Assembly: GCA_965238075.1 (NCBI GenBank)
Contig: OZ250173.1
Location: 2,240,001 to 2,304,000 of the forward strand
Reading direction: 5' to 3'
Length of the DNA stretch: 64,000 nucleotides
Source: Candidatus Entotheonellaceae bacterium
GTDB lineage: Bacteria; Tectomicrobia; Entotheonellia; Entotheonellales; Entotheonellaceae
The notes under the pieces are model-generated. The model was not told the origin of the DNA and ran no database searches. It saw only the letters and a list, made by a program, of their open reading frames with translations. A program made the translations under genes and the position numbers. Of this stretch, positions 1 through 10,126 are shown one piece after another (the first letter of the stretch is position 1; each line of letters starts with the position of its first letter).

Positions 1-606
<606 letters not shown>

Positions 607-662
607 AATCCAAAACCCGGGAGCGTGGCATCTGCGCGTATGGGGTGTTGCCCCGCTCTTCA

Positions 663-1565
663 CTACCCACTGGTTCTCAAGCGCTGCCAGGGACCGTACA
701 GGCGGAAGGAAAGTTCGCCGTCGTCGTTGGGCTTCTGGCCGACCAGGGCGCCCAGAAAATTGATTTCCTGCCGGTAGAGGTCCTGTGACCGCACCTGCCA
801 GCGCAGATCGAGGTCGAGCGCGGCGTTGTGAATCGAACCCTGCCAAGTCACGGTGCCGGTCGCTGCGATATCGAGGTCGTCGCCGGTGCAGGAAAGCGAC
901 ACGTTGCCGGCGTCGGCGGTTGCCGCTTGTGCTTCACTTCGCGCGGTGGCGCAAGCGATGTCTTGTTGCAGCGGGAGTTGCAGAACCTGTCCGGCAAACA
1001 CCAGTTCCTCGGCGTTCAATTCCACCGACGCGGCGTGAAGCTGGCCGCGTTCGTCGAGGCGGGCGCTGACCGTGCCGCTGAAGCGGCCGCGCAGAAAGGC
1101 TTCCTCACCGCGTTGTGTCAGGGGATGGCGGTCAACCTCCAGGTCGGTGAAGGTGACCTGGAACTCCCATACCGGCGCGTCCTCGCCCCGCCCGCGGCTT
1201 ACGTAACCCTCTATCCGGCCGCCGTACAGGGCGGCGCTGAATTCGGCCTGCGGCCTGCCGGTTGCCAGCGCCAGCCAACTCGGCCGCACCCGCAGGCCTG
1301 TCACCTGCACGACGGCTTGTCGCTTCGCTGCCGCATCCAGCGACACCGCCACCTGCCGGGCCTGTATGCCCGGTGGAAATAGAGGTTCAACCCCGTTTGT
1401 TCGGATGTGCACACCCGGCGGCGCCCAGTGTTCGGCGCCGTATTGCGCCAGCAGGTCGTACGGGAAGATGACGTACAGGCACAGGCCGAAAACGACCACG
1501 CCGTACACCAGGTACGGCGCCACACGGAGAATCAGGCGGCCAAGGCGCACGATGCGGAGTCTCAC
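663..1565 (-). CDS. gspN: Type II secretion system protein N-like
   Basis: N-terminal TM ending LYVIFPYD, LYGGRIEG motif, beta-rich body; last gene of the pseudopilin cluster; GTG start overlaps the gspK stop. Confidence 0.7.
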   Translation of the reverse strand: MRLRIVRLGRLILRVAPYLVYGVVVFGLCLYVIFPYDLLAQYGAEHWAPPGVHIRTNGVEPLFPPGIQARQVAVSLDAAAKRQAVVQVTGLRVRPSWLALATGRPQAEFSAALYGGRIEGYVSRGRGEDAPVWEFQVTFTDLEVDRHPLTQRGEEAFLRGRFSGTVSARLDERGQLHAASVELNAEELVFAGQVLQLPLQQDIACATARSEAQAATADAGNVSLSCTGDDLDIAATGTVTWQGSIHNAALDLDLRWQVRSQDLYRQEINFLGALVGQKPNDDGELSFRLYGPWQRLRTSG

Positions 1566-2617
1566 TCTACTTTGAAGTAAACCGGCTCGTCGCCGTCGCC
1601 AGGTTTCAGAACGGCGACCACCGTTTTCTGAATGTCTTCCACCCGGGCGACGGCGGTGATCGTGAAATACGTGCCCTGCACCGTAGCAAACTTGTCGAAC
1701 GTCGTCTGGACCTCGGCAGGCAGATAGCCCTGCAACTCGCCCGTGCTCTCAAATTGCCGGTCCTGAAGTAGGTTCTCCTGGCGCAGCGCGACGATATCAT
1801 CCACGTAGCCCGTGACGTCCCCCGCGCCGTCCGAGAGGCCGTCAATAAGCGCGTGCAGCACGTCACGACTGGCGGTATTGATGTTCACTTTTGGATAATC
1901 CAGCGCATCAGTGTCGAGTCGAGGGCTCCCGTAGGCCGTCACATACGGGGCGAGTTTTTTCACCGTCTCGGCGTCAAAACCCGGCACCAGGCGGAGCTCC
2001 CGAACAGTCCGCATCGGGCCGTTGCCTTCGAGCCAAATGACCAGGGTGGCGAGAAGTCCCGCATCGACTTCAATCTCATAGAATAACGCTTCGAATAGAG
2101 ACTCCCAGGCCTCCATCATGCGCGCCGCCTCGTCGGTCGCCGCCTGGCTGGCATCGGCCACCGGCATGAGGGCGTTAATCGGCAATCTCTCCTCTTCGGC
2201 ATTGATCTTCAGGCTGACGCAGCCCCTGTCGGCTCCTTGCGCGGCAGCGGCGTCCGAGTCGGTTCCCTGTCCGGCCAACCCGGTGTCAAGGGGCGCCCCC
2301 GCGGCGTTGGCAAGAGCCAACGTCAGGAGCGCCTGCGGCGGCATGCAGGCCGGAATAAGCCCGATGCGGTGCCAGGTGTCCTGTGGGCCGTCCGACTGCT
2401 TGTCGTCGTAGGCCAGCAGTTCCTGAGCCAGGCGCACGCCGGACATGGCTACGTGGTACGCCTGAACGTCGCTGCCGTAATTGTCCGCCAGGTCCAGTTC
2501 GACAACCGCCTCGAAATGGTATTCGAGCACCAACACCGACACCAGCGCGACGATGATCAGCGTCAGCACCAGGGCGACGCCGCGCTCGTCGCGCCAGCTA
2601 GCCGTTTCGCGGCACAT
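1562..2617 (-). CDS. gspK: Type II secretion minor pseudopilin K
   Basis: ERG|VALVLTL leader, INAL, ELRLVPG and KVNINTAS motifs, YFTITAVARV C-terminus. Confidence 0.88.
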   Translation of the reverse strand: MCRETASWRDERGVALVLTLIIVALVSVLVLEYHFEAVVELDLADNYGSDVQAYHVAMSGVRLAQELLAYDDKQSDGPQDTWHRIGLIPACMPPQALLTLALANAAGAPLDTGLAGQGTDSDAAAAQGADRGCVSLKINAEEERLPINALMPVADASQAATDEAARMMEAWESLFEALFYEIEVDAGLLATLVIWLEGNGPMRTVRELRLVPGFDAETVKKLAPYVTAYGSPRLDTDALDYPKVNINTASRDVLHALIDGLSDGAGDVTGYVDDIVALRQENLLQDRQFESTGELQGYLPAEVQTTFDKFATVQGTYFTITAVARVEDIQKTVVAVLKPGDGDEPVYFKVE

Positions 2618-3440
2618 CGCGGCATCCCTTGCTCATGGGAAGCGACACGGTGATGATGAAGGCGCGTTCGACATCCTGCTCGTCACGCAGCGTCAGCGCC
2701 AGGCGCACGAGGCAGGGCATCCGGTTTGCGGCGCCGTCGGGCCATTGGTCGTGGACGTCCTCCCTGTCATAGTACGTGACGTCCAGACCGATCGCAGCGT
2801 CCGTCAGTTCTACCGTGTCGCCGTTCAGAGGCTCGCCGTCCGGCGTGCAGTCCTGCTCGCGGTACAAGGCGGCCGCGCCCTGGGCATTGGCGCCGATGTA
2901 GTAGGCGACCTCGCACACGTCGCTGCCCGGCGCCGCGTCCGGGCGGTAGGGCACGGTGACGAACGTCAGACGGTCGCGGGCGTGGTCGCCCTCGCGATCG
3001 TTCTCGCCGCGCGAAAATCCGGCATAGGCGTCGTCGGGCATGGCGGCGCGAACCTCCTGTGCCATGCGCAGCAGGGCGGTGCGTCCGAGGCGATGGACGT
3101 CCAGGTTTCGGCGCCCCTGCTCCACCCCCTTCATGACGCCGGAAAAGGCCGCGAACACCACGCCGACGATCATCACGAACAGCGACAACGCCAGCAGCAG
3201 CTCGATCAGCGTGAAGCCCGCCGGCCCTACCGGACGGCGCCCGGCGCAACTCCCGTGGCCACCGCCTGCCTGACGAATTTCGTCACTCCGGCAGAAGGAC
3301 GTCAACCCGGCGAAAGCCGGGGTCCAGGGCTTTTCCGGCGGTCGAAGAGCCTGCCCCGGACTCGGTCCAGGGTCACTGGATTCCGGGCCGAGCCCGGAAT
3401 GACGATTCGGGGGCATTGCACAGGCTATTTTCATAGACAT
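2598..3440 (-). CDS. gspJ: Type II secretion pseudopilin J with a long, repeat-containing leader
   Basis: AG|FTLIELLLAL prepilin site; ATG at 3440 overlaps the gspI stop (TGATG); the leader contains the 3300-3404 repeat. Confidence 0.8.
   Translation of the reverse strand: MSMKIACAMPPNRHSGLGPESSDPGPSPGQALRPPEKPWTPAFAGLTSFCRSDEIRQAGGGHGSCAGRRPVGPAGFTLIELLLALSLFVMIVGVVFAAFSGVMKGVEQGRRNLDVHRLGRTALLRMAQEVRAAMPDDAYAGFSRGENDREGDHARDRLTFVTVPYRPDAAPGSDVCEVAYYIGANAQGAAALYREQDCTPDGEPLNGDTVELTDAAIGLDVTYYDREDVHDQWPDGAANRMPCLVRLALTLRDEQDVERAFIITVSLPMSKGCRDVPRNG
3300..3404 (+). repeat. CGTC-type double-hairpin palindromic element, copy 1 (partial arm also at 3281-3299)
   Basis: GTCAACCCGGCGAAAGCCGGGGTCCAG ... 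CTGGATTCCGGGCCGAGCCCGGAATGAC. Confidence 0.9.
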
Positions 3441-3871
3441 CACTTCGCTTCATACGTTTCCAGGCTGTACGAGCGGTTGCGATTGCCGTCGCGCCAGTGC
3501 ACCGACACCGTGACGTGCCGGATGCCGACGGCATCCTCCTGGCCGCCGCTCTGACTACCGAGGCCGATGGCATGCTCGGTCACCGAGGTGGTCCAACTGA
3601 AGCGCTCCAGGTTCGGCCCGTCGAACTGCCCCTGATCCTCCCCCTCGTCCGGCGACTCGGCCATGAAGGTGGCCATTTTGCCCTCCGCCAGCAGCACCGC
3701 GGTGGTCAGGTCCTGCGACGCCAGGGTGGCGTCGAGCGACAGCAGGTGGAGCCGCAACAGCATGACCAACGCGACGCCGACGATGGCCACGGCGACCAGG
3801 ACCTCCAGGAGCGTGAAGCCCGCCGCGCCGTGCCCGGATGCATCAGCCCTTTTCGCGTTCCGCGTAGCCAT
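3440..3871 (-). CDS. gspI: Type II secretion pseudopilin I
   Basis: AG|FTLLEVLVAVAI; short pilin ending VTVSVHW...YSLETY. Confidence 0.85.
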   Translation of the reverse strand: MATRNAKRADASGHGAAGFTLLEVLVAVAIVGVALVMLLRLHLLSLDATLASQDLTTAVLLAEGKMATFMAESPDEGEDQGQFDGPNLERFSWTTSVTEHAIGLGSQSGGQEDAVGIRHVTVSVHWRDGNRNRSYSLETYEAK

Positions 3872-4394
3872 ACACGACCTTCACGCGCCCGGCCAGCGCC
3901 TCGATGAACAGGGTGACGTGCGTCTCGTCGGGGGTTTGCAGGTGGACGACGCTCGGCTCGGCCTGACCGGTAGGGTGGAAGTGCATCGTCGCCGTGCCTT
4001 CGCGCACCTTCTTGCCCTCGGCTGAGACGACGTCAAGGAGTCGTACCGCGTCCGGCATGGCATAGCCGCGCATCTCGCGGGAGGGCTCCGCCACGCACGT
4101 GTCGTCCCCCAATCCAGTTGGGGGCAGGCTCTGCAGGTGGCAGACGGTCAGTTGCTGTGTATCGAGGTCGAAGTTGAGGCGGTACACTCGCTTGGTGAAG
4201 GCGGCCTTGGCGTGCAGTTGCCGCACCATGCCGCGCACGACGTTGACGGTGCGGCGCATCTGCTGGCGGTCGAGCAGGCCGCCAAAGCGCGGCAGGACCA
4301 GCGCGCCGACGATACCGATGACGAGGATCACCATCGTCAGCTCGATCAGGGTGAAGCCCTGCTCACTGCGTGCGCCAGCTCTCAATGTCGGCAT
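3843..4394 (-). CDS. gspH: Type II secretion pseudopilin H/FimT-like
   Basis: QG|FTLIELTMVI and FHPTG motif; start placed at MPTLRAG. Confidence 0.8.
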   Translation of the reverse strand: MPTLRAGARSEQGFTLIELTMVILVIGIVGALVLPRFGGLLDRQQMRRTVNVVRGMVRQLHAKAAFTKRVYRLNFDLDTQQLTVCHLQSLPPTGLGDDTCVAEPSREMRGYAMPDAVRLLDVVSAEGKKVREGTATMHFHPTGQAEPSVVHLQTPDETHVTLFIEALAGRVKVVYGYAEREKG

Positions 4395-4809
4395 CGAAAC
4401 CCTCACCGCCCTCGAGGCCGTCGGCGGCCAATGATATGAGATCGAAATCCGGGCTGTACACACCGGGTGATATATAAATGTAGGGGTTGCCCCAGGGGTC
4501 GAGGGGAATTTCCTGCTTGTCGAGGTAGCCGCCCTCGGGCCATTGCTCGGGAATGTTGCCGGTGGACGGTTTCATCACCAGCGCGTCAAGGCCCTGCTCG
4601 GTGGTGGGATACACGCCGTGGTCGAGCTTGTAGCGTTTGAGGGCGTCTTCGAGCACCCGCATCTGGGCGCGGGCGGTGCCGTAACGGGCTTTGTCGGTTT
4701 CGCCCACGATGCGCGGCATGACGATGGCCGCGAGGAGACCCAGGATGACGATCACGATCATCAACTCGATCAGCGTGAAGCCCGCCTCACGCGATCTTTG
4801 CCGGCGCAT
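4363..4809 (-). CDS. gspG: Major pseudopilin G
   Basis: AG|FTLIELMIV, YKLDHGVYPTTEQGLDAL, DPWGNPY, GEGFDADI; AGGAGG ahead of the ATG at 4809. Confidence 0.96.
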   Translation of the reverse strand: MRRQRSREAGFTLIELMIVIVILGLLAAIVMPRIVGETDKARYGTARAQMRVLEDALKRYKLDHGVYPTTEQGLDALVMKPSTGNIPEQWPEGGYLDKQEIPLDPWGNPYIYISPGVYSPDFDLISLAADGLEGGEGFDADIESWRTQ

Positions 4810-5078
4810 AGCGTGCTGGCCCTCCTGAGGTGGCCCGATTGGCGGCGTGCGTATTGGGATGAATGACGGGAACCTTAGCATAGGCAGGGTGGCTTGTCTA
4901 CGAAGCAGGCGGGCAGGGAACGGGCGCTTGGCGGCGATTTGGCTTGAGTTGGCGCGGTGGGTGGAGTAGGTTGCTGCGCGTTTTGTCGGGGAACGGGAAC
5001 GTGTTGCGGCACCGGCGGGTGACGGATCGCCTCCGGTGTTTCCCTGAAAGTCCGTTTTGGCAGCAAAGGAGAGCCGTG

Positions 5079-5951
5079 ATGCCCACACCGCTGGGCGGCG
5101 TGGATTTGCACACCCATACGCGCCATTCCGATGGCCTGGATACGCCCGCCGAATTGGTCGTCAAGGCCGCCCGGCACGGGGTGCGGCGCTTGGCGGTTAC
5201 CGATCACGACACGCTGGCGGCCCTGCCCGAGGCGCGCATGGCCGGTGCGGCTCGCGGGGTCGAGGTGTTGACGGGCATCGAACTCAGCGTGCAGCATGGG
5301 GACTTCGATGACATCCATCTGTTGGGCTACTTTTTCGACTCGGAAGACGCTGCCCTGAACGTCTGCCTGGCGCGTCTGAAAGAGGGCCGCACGCAGCGTG
5401 GCCTGGAAATCCTGCGTTGCGTCAACTGCAAGCTCAGTGACCTCGGACGTACCCCCCTGGACAGCGAGCGCGTGCAGCAGTACGCCTCGGGGGTTCTGAC
5501 CCGTCCCCACCTCGCGCAGGCGCTGATTGATCAGGGTTACTGCAAGGGCTACCAGGAGGCCTTCCGCGATTTCCTCATCCCCTGCAACGCTCCCAAGCCG
5601 TCGTTGTCTTTGGAAGAAGGTGTACGGCTGATTGCCAATGCCGGCGGGATCTGTTCCCTGGCGCATCCCGGCGTCCTGAGCAACGACCCCAACGTTCTGG
5701 ACCCCCTGCTGGCCGCCGCCAAATCCCTTGGCCTCGCCGGTCTCGAGGTCTACCACCGTGCCCACCACCCGGACGCCATCCCGTTCTTCGAAGCCGCCGC
5801 CCTGCGCCACCACCTCGTTCCCACCGGCGGTTCCGACTACCACGGCCGCCCCGCCGGCTCCACCCTCGGTGAATTCGCCCCCGGCTATCCCGTGCCTGTC
5901 ACGGTCCTGCACGACCTGCAGCGGTTTGCCGCCGGCCGCAAATCGAATTAG
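5079..5951 (+). CDS. PHP-domain metal-dependent phosphoesterase (TrpH/YciV-like)
   Basis: DLHTHT..SDG, TDHD, GIELS, HLLGY, LAHP and GGSDYHG motifs; AAGGAGA RBS. Confidence 0.92.
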   Translation: MPTPLGGVDLHTHTRHSDGLDTPAELVVKAARHGVRRLAVTDHDTLAALPEARMAGAARGVEVLTGIELSVQHGDFDDIHLLGYFFDSEDAALNVCLARLKEGRTQRGLEILRCVNCKLSDLGRTPLDSERVQQYASGVLTRPHLAQALIDQGYCKGYQEAFRDFLIPCNAPKPSLSLEEGVRLIANAGGICSLAHPGVLSNDPNVLDPLLAAAKSLGLAGLEVYHRAHHPDAIPFFEAAALRHHLVPTGGSDYHGRPAGSTLGEFAPGYPVPVTVLHDLQRFAAGRKSN

Positions 5952-5995
5952 CGCCGCGTCATCCGACGTCCTACCGGCCAATGGCCTTGCCGTTA

Positions 5996-6025
5996 TTGAC
6001 ACCCCCAAACAGGCTCTGATAAGAT
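5996..6025 (+). promoter_or_regulatory. Sigma70-type promoter for the nuo locus
   Basis: TTGACA (5996-6001), 18 nt spacer, extended -10 TGn-TAAGAT (6017-6025). Confidence 0.6.
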
Positions 6026-6153
6026 TCGCTTCCGACACGCGGTCCAACCATCCTGCTGGATGACTACCCCGCAAGACACGCTTCTTTCGTACCTCACGCC
6101 TTTCAATTCGACGTACACGCCGGGTCGTCGCTCGGCAGTTTCGCGGGGAGCAA

Positions 6154-8079
6154 ATGATGCTCGACAGCGCTTGGCTGGTGCCGCTTTGCCCATTGGCGGG
6201 CGCCGTGCTGAATGGCTTCTTCGGCAGGCGGTATCGCCACGAAACCGTGGGTCAGATCGCTATCGCCGCCGTCGGGCTGTCCTTCCTCTTTTCCCTGGCA
6301 ACCGCCATTGCCTTGATTTCTCGCCCAGAGCCCCTGCACCACGTCACCTACTTCACCTGGATTGCTTCCGGGGCGTACAGCGCCTCGGTGGGCCTGCTGA
6401 TCGACGGCCTCTCCTGCACCATGATGCTGGTGGTCAGCGGCGTCGGCCTGCTGGTGCATATCTATTCCACCGGCTACATGCACGACGACGAGGACCAGGG
6501 GCGCTACTTCACCTACCTGAACCTGTTCGTCGGCGCCATGCTCATCCTGGTGATGGCGGACAATTACCTGCTGATGTTCGTCGGCTGGGAAGGCGTGGGG
6601 CTGTGCTCCTACCTGCTGATCGGCTTCTGGTACACGCGGCAGAGCGCCAGCGACGCCGGCAAGAAGGCTTTCGTGGTCAACAGGATAGGGGACGTCGGCT
6701 TCGTGCTGGCGGTCCTGCTGTTGTTCGTCACCTTCCAGAGCGTCGATTTCCTCGACGTGCAACACCAGCTCGAAGGGATTAAGGCTTCCCACGGGGAGGG
6801 ACATGGGCCGGCGGGCCCGGCGGTGCTGACGGCCATTGCGCTGCTGTTGTTCATGGGCGCCATCGGCAAATCGGCGCAGGTGCCGCTGCATGTATGGCTG
6901 CCGGACGCCATGGAGGGTCCGACGCCGGTCAGCGCGCTGATCCACGCGGCGACGATGGTCACCGCCGGGGTGTACATGATGGCGCGCTCGGCGCTGTTGT
7001 ACGACATGGCGCCGATGGCCCTGGAAGTGGTAGCCGTGGTGGGCGTGCTCACGGCGCTGTTTGCGGCGTCCATGGCGCTGGTGGCTACGGATATCAAGCG
7101 GGTGCTGGCGTATTCGACGGTCAGCCAACTGGGGTTCATGGTCTTCGCGCTTGGCGTCGGCGCCTACGCGGCGGCGATCTTTCACCTGGTGACCCACGCC
7201 TTTTTCAAAGCGCTGCTGTTCCTGGGCGCTGGCAGCGTCATTCACGCCCTGGGCGGCGAGCAGGACATGCGGCGCATGGGCGGCCTGCGGCAGGCGTTGC
7301 CGACCACGCACTGGACTATGGCCACGGCCACCCTGGCGATTGCCGGCATTTTCCCCTTTGCCGGGTTCTGGAGTAAGGACGAGATTCTGGCCAGCGCCAT
7401 GAAGGCCGACGGTGTGGGCTGGCTGGGATGGATTGCAGCGTCGGTGGCGGCGTTTATGACGGCGTTCTACATGTTCCGCCTGCTGTACATGACCTTCTAC
7501 GGCGATTCGCGGGTCGAGTCGGACGTGGCGGCGCACGTGCACGAGGCGCCCGACGCCATGCGCGTGCCGTTGGTGCTGCTGGCCCTGCTGTCCGCCCTGG
7601 GCGGCGTGGTGCTCGGCTTTCCGCCCGAGCACGGCATGCTGCACCGCTGGTTGGAGCCGGTATTCGAGGCGGCGGCACACCCGCATGTCTTTTCTTCTGT
7701 GGATATTCTATTGATGGTGGTATCGCTGGCCGTCGCTGCGGCGGGCTGGCGCTTGGCGTATCGCTTCTACGTGCGCGAGCCGCAACTCCCGGAGCAGTGG
7801 CGGACCCGCTGGCAGGCGACGTACGACCTGCTGGTCAATACCTGGTACGTGGACGAACTCTACGCGCGCGTGTTCGTGAGGCCGATCTACCGGCTGTCGA
7901 ACAACGGATTGTGGCGGGCCTTCGACATCGGCTTCATCGATCGCATCGTGAATGGCCTTGGGCGCATCGTGCGCTTGGATGGCGAATTTCTGAGCACCCT
8001 GCAGACCGGCTACGCCCGCACCTACGCTCTGACGCTGGTGGTGGGTGCCATCGTCGTGTTCTGGGGGCTCGTAGGGTAA
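6154..8079 (+). CDS. nuoL: NADH-quinone oxidoreductase subunit L (copy 1, standard-length helix)
   Basis: GWEGVGLCSYLLIGFW, GKSAQVPLHVWLPDAMEGPTPVSALIHAATMV, DIKRVLAYST. Confidence 0.97.
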   Translation: MMLDSAWLVPLCPLAGAVLNGFFGRRYRHETVGQIAIAAVGLSFLFSLATAIALISRPEPLHHVTYFTWIASGAYSASVGLLIDGLSCTMMLVVSGVGLLVHIYSTGYMHDDEDQGRYFTYLNLFVGAMLILVMADNYLLMFVGWEGVGLCSYLLIGFWYTRQSASDAGKKAFVVNRIGDVGFVLAVLLLFVTFQSVDFLDVQHQLEGIKASHGEGHGPAGPAVLTAIALLLFMGAIGKSAQVPLHVWLPDAMEGPTPVSALIHAATMVTAGVYMMARSALLYDMAPMALEVVAVVGVLTALFAASMALVATDIKRVLAYSTVSQLGFMVFALGVGAYAAAIFHLVTHAFFKALLFLGAGSVIHALGGEQDMRRMGGLRQALPTTHWTMATATLAIAGIFPFAGFWSKDEILASAMKADGVGWLGWIAASVAAFMTAFYMFRLLYMTFYGDSRVESDVAAHVHEAPDAMRVPLVLLALLSALGGVVLGFPPEHGMLHRWLEPVFEAAAHPHVFSSVDILLMVVSLAVAAAGWRLAYRFYVREPQLPEQWRTRWQATYDLLVNTWYVDELYARVFVRPIYRLSNNGLWRAFDIGFIDRIVNGLGRIVRLDGEFLSTLQTGYARTYALTLVVGAIVVFWGLVG

Positions 8080-8097
8080 TAGGGAAGAGTTCCCTGC

Positions 8098-8176
8098 CGT
8101 CACTCCGGCGGAAGCCGGAGTCCAGAGGTTTTCCCGTGGCCGAGGTCGCTGGATTCCGGGTCAAGCCCGGAATGAC
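8098..8176 (+). repeat. CGTC-type double-hairpin element, copy 2
   Basis: CGTCACTCCGGCGGAAGCCGGAGTCCAG ... CTGGATTCCGGGTCAAGCCCGGAATGAC between nuoL and nuoM. Confidence 0.9.
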
Positions 8177-8246
8177 CATTTAAGATGCTGAACGGGTTTT
8201 GTTTCCGTACGTAATGACGATTTTGTGCAAGGGTTAAAAAGCCATT

Positions 8247-9779
8247 ATGACTTGGCCGTTTCTCAGTAGTGTCGTATTCCTGCCCTTGCTGGGCGCCATC
8301 GTGCTGCTGGCGCTGCCGCGGCGTTGCGAGGCGTTGATGTGGGGCTGGACGCTAGGCGTCATGCTGGTAACGTTCGCCGTCTCGGTGGTGCTGTACGCGG
8401 CGTTCGACAGTAGCCTGCCGGGCATGCAGTTCAGCGAGCAGGCGACCTGGATCGGCGGTCTGGGCATCACCTACCACGTTGGCATCGACGGCATCAGCCT
8501 GCCGCTGTTCGTGCTGACGACGCTGCTGTCGCCGGTTGCGCTGCTGAGCGCCTGGCAGAGCATCGCCATCAAGGTGAAGGAGTTCGCCGTCCTCATGCTG
8601 GTTCTGGAAACCAGCATGCTGGGGGCGTTCGTGGCGCTCGACCTCTTCCTGTTCTTCATCTTCTGGGAAGCGATGCTGATCCCCATGTACCTGATGATCG
8701 GCATGTGGGGCGGCGAAAACCGCCTGTACGCCACGGTGAAATTCATCCTCTACACCATGACCGGCAGCGCCCTGATGCTGGTGGCGATTCTGGCCCTGCA
8801 TATCATTAACCTCCAGCAGGGCGGCGGGCGCTCCTTCGGTCTGTTTGATTTCTTCGCCCTCGACCTGTCGCTGCAGCAGCAAAAGCTCCTCTTCATGGCC
8901 TTCTTCCTGAGCTTCGCCATTAAAGTGCCGCTGTTCCCCTTCCACACCTGGCTGCCCGACGCGCACACGGAGGCGCCGACAGCCGGCAGCGTCATCCTGG
9001 CCGGGGTGTTGCTGAAGATGGGCGGTTACGGCTTCATCCGCTTTTGCCTGCCGCTGTTTCCCGCCGCCGCCACCGCGTTTGCGCCGCTGATTTCGGTGCT
9101 GGCGGTCATCGGCATTCTGTACGGCGCCCTGGTCGCCATGGTGCAGCCGGATATCAAGCGGCTGGTGGCCTATTCCAGCGTCAGCCACCTGGGTCTGGTG
9201 ATGCTCGGCATCTTCGCCGGCAACCTGGCCGGCTTGCAGGGCGGTATCCTGCAAATGGTCAACCACGGCCTCACCACCGGCGCGCTGTTCCTGCTGGTCG
9301 GCATGATCTACGACCGCCGCCACACCCGTCTGATCGCCGATTACGGCGGCCTGTGGCGGCAGATGCCGGTCTTCGCGGTGTTCTTCCTGGTGGTGATGTT
9401 CGCTTCCATCGGCCTGCCGGGGTTGAACGGCTTTGTGGGCGAGTTTCTCATCCTGCTCGGCGCTTTCGAGTTCAACCCCGGCTTCGCGGTGGTGGCGGCC
9501 CTCGGCATGATCCTGAGCGCCGTCTACATGCTGTGGATGTACCAGCGGGTCATGTACGGCGAGGTCACGCACGCGGCGAACCGCAACCTGCGCGATCTGT
9601 CGGCGCGGGAGATCACGCTGCTGGCGCCGCTGGTGCTGCTGATGTTCTGGATCGGCATTTATCCGAGCACGTTCTTGCGCCCGACCGATGCCGCCTCCAT
9701 CCACTTGCTGGAACAAGTGCGCAGCCGCGCCGTGCTGGCCGCGCCGGTATCCGCCCATGCAGGAGAACAGACCCCATGA
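8247..9779 (+). CDS. nuoM: NADH-quinone oxidoreductase subunit M (copy 1)
   Basis: FWE, AIKVPLFPFHTWLPDAHTEAPT, LLKMG, GLPGLNGFVGEF. Confidence 0.97.
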   Translation: MTWPFLSSVVFLPLLGAIVLLALPRRCEALMWGWTLGVMLVTFAVSVVLYAAFDSSLPGMQFSEQATWIGGLGITYHVGIDGISLPLFVLTTLLSPVALLSAWQSIAIKVKEFAVLMLVLETSMLGAFVALDLFLFFIFWEAMLIPMYLMIGMWGGENRLYATVKFILYTMTGSALMLVAILALHIINLQQGGGRSFGLFDFFALDLSLQQQKLLFMAFFLSFAIKVPLFPFHTWLPDAHTEAPTAGSVILAGVLLKMGGYGFIRFCLPLFPAAATAFAPLISVLAVIGILYGALVAMVQPDIKRLVAYSSVSHLGLVMLGIFAGNLAGLQGGILQMVNHGLTTGALFLLVGMIYDRRHTRLIADYGGLWRQMPVFAVFFLVVMFASIGLPGLNGFVGEFLILLGAFEFNPGFAVVAALGMILSAVYMLWMYQRVMYGEVTHAANRNLRDLSAREITLLAPLVLLMFWIGIYPSTFLRPTDAASIHLLEQVRSRAVLAAPVSAHAGEQTP

Positions 9780-10126
9780 CCATGTTGCCGCTGCTCATCA
9801 CTTTCCTTCTGGCCGGCTTGGTGTGCGTGGTGATGCTCTCCCTGTCGCGCTTGTTCGGGCCGCGGCGCCCGACGCCGGTGAAGTCCGAGCCGTTCGAGTG
9901 CGGCATGGAGCAGATGGAGCAGCCGCGTCGGCAGTTCTCCGTCAAATTTTCGGTCGTCGCCATGCTGTTCATCGTGTTCGACATCGAGGTGGCCTTTCTG
10001 TACCCGTGGGCCGTGATGTTCCGGCGGCTCGACGTGGCTGGGTTCGTCGCCGTGCTGGTGTTCCTGGGGCTGCTGACGGTGGCCTTCGTGTATGCCTGGC
10101 GGCGCGGCGCGCTGGAGTGGAGCTAA
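9776..10126 (+). CDS. nuoA: NADH-quinone oxidoreductase subunit A
   Basis: C-terminal part of ORF 9044-10126: KSEPFECG, AMLFIVFDIEVAFLYPWA, YAWRRGALEW; ATGA overlap with nuoM. Confidence 0.95.
   Translation: MTMLPLLITFLLAGLVCVVMLSLSRLFGPRRPTPVKSEPFECGMEQMEQPRRQFSVKFSVVAMLFIVFDIEVAFLYPWAVMFRRLDVAGFVAVLVFLGLLTVAFVYAWRRGALEWS

Noticed and set aside
6154-9779. nuoL1-nuoM1 as an Mrp Na+/H+ antiporter
   Set aside because: Motifs are NuoL/NuoM type and no mrpB/C/E/F/G genes are present.
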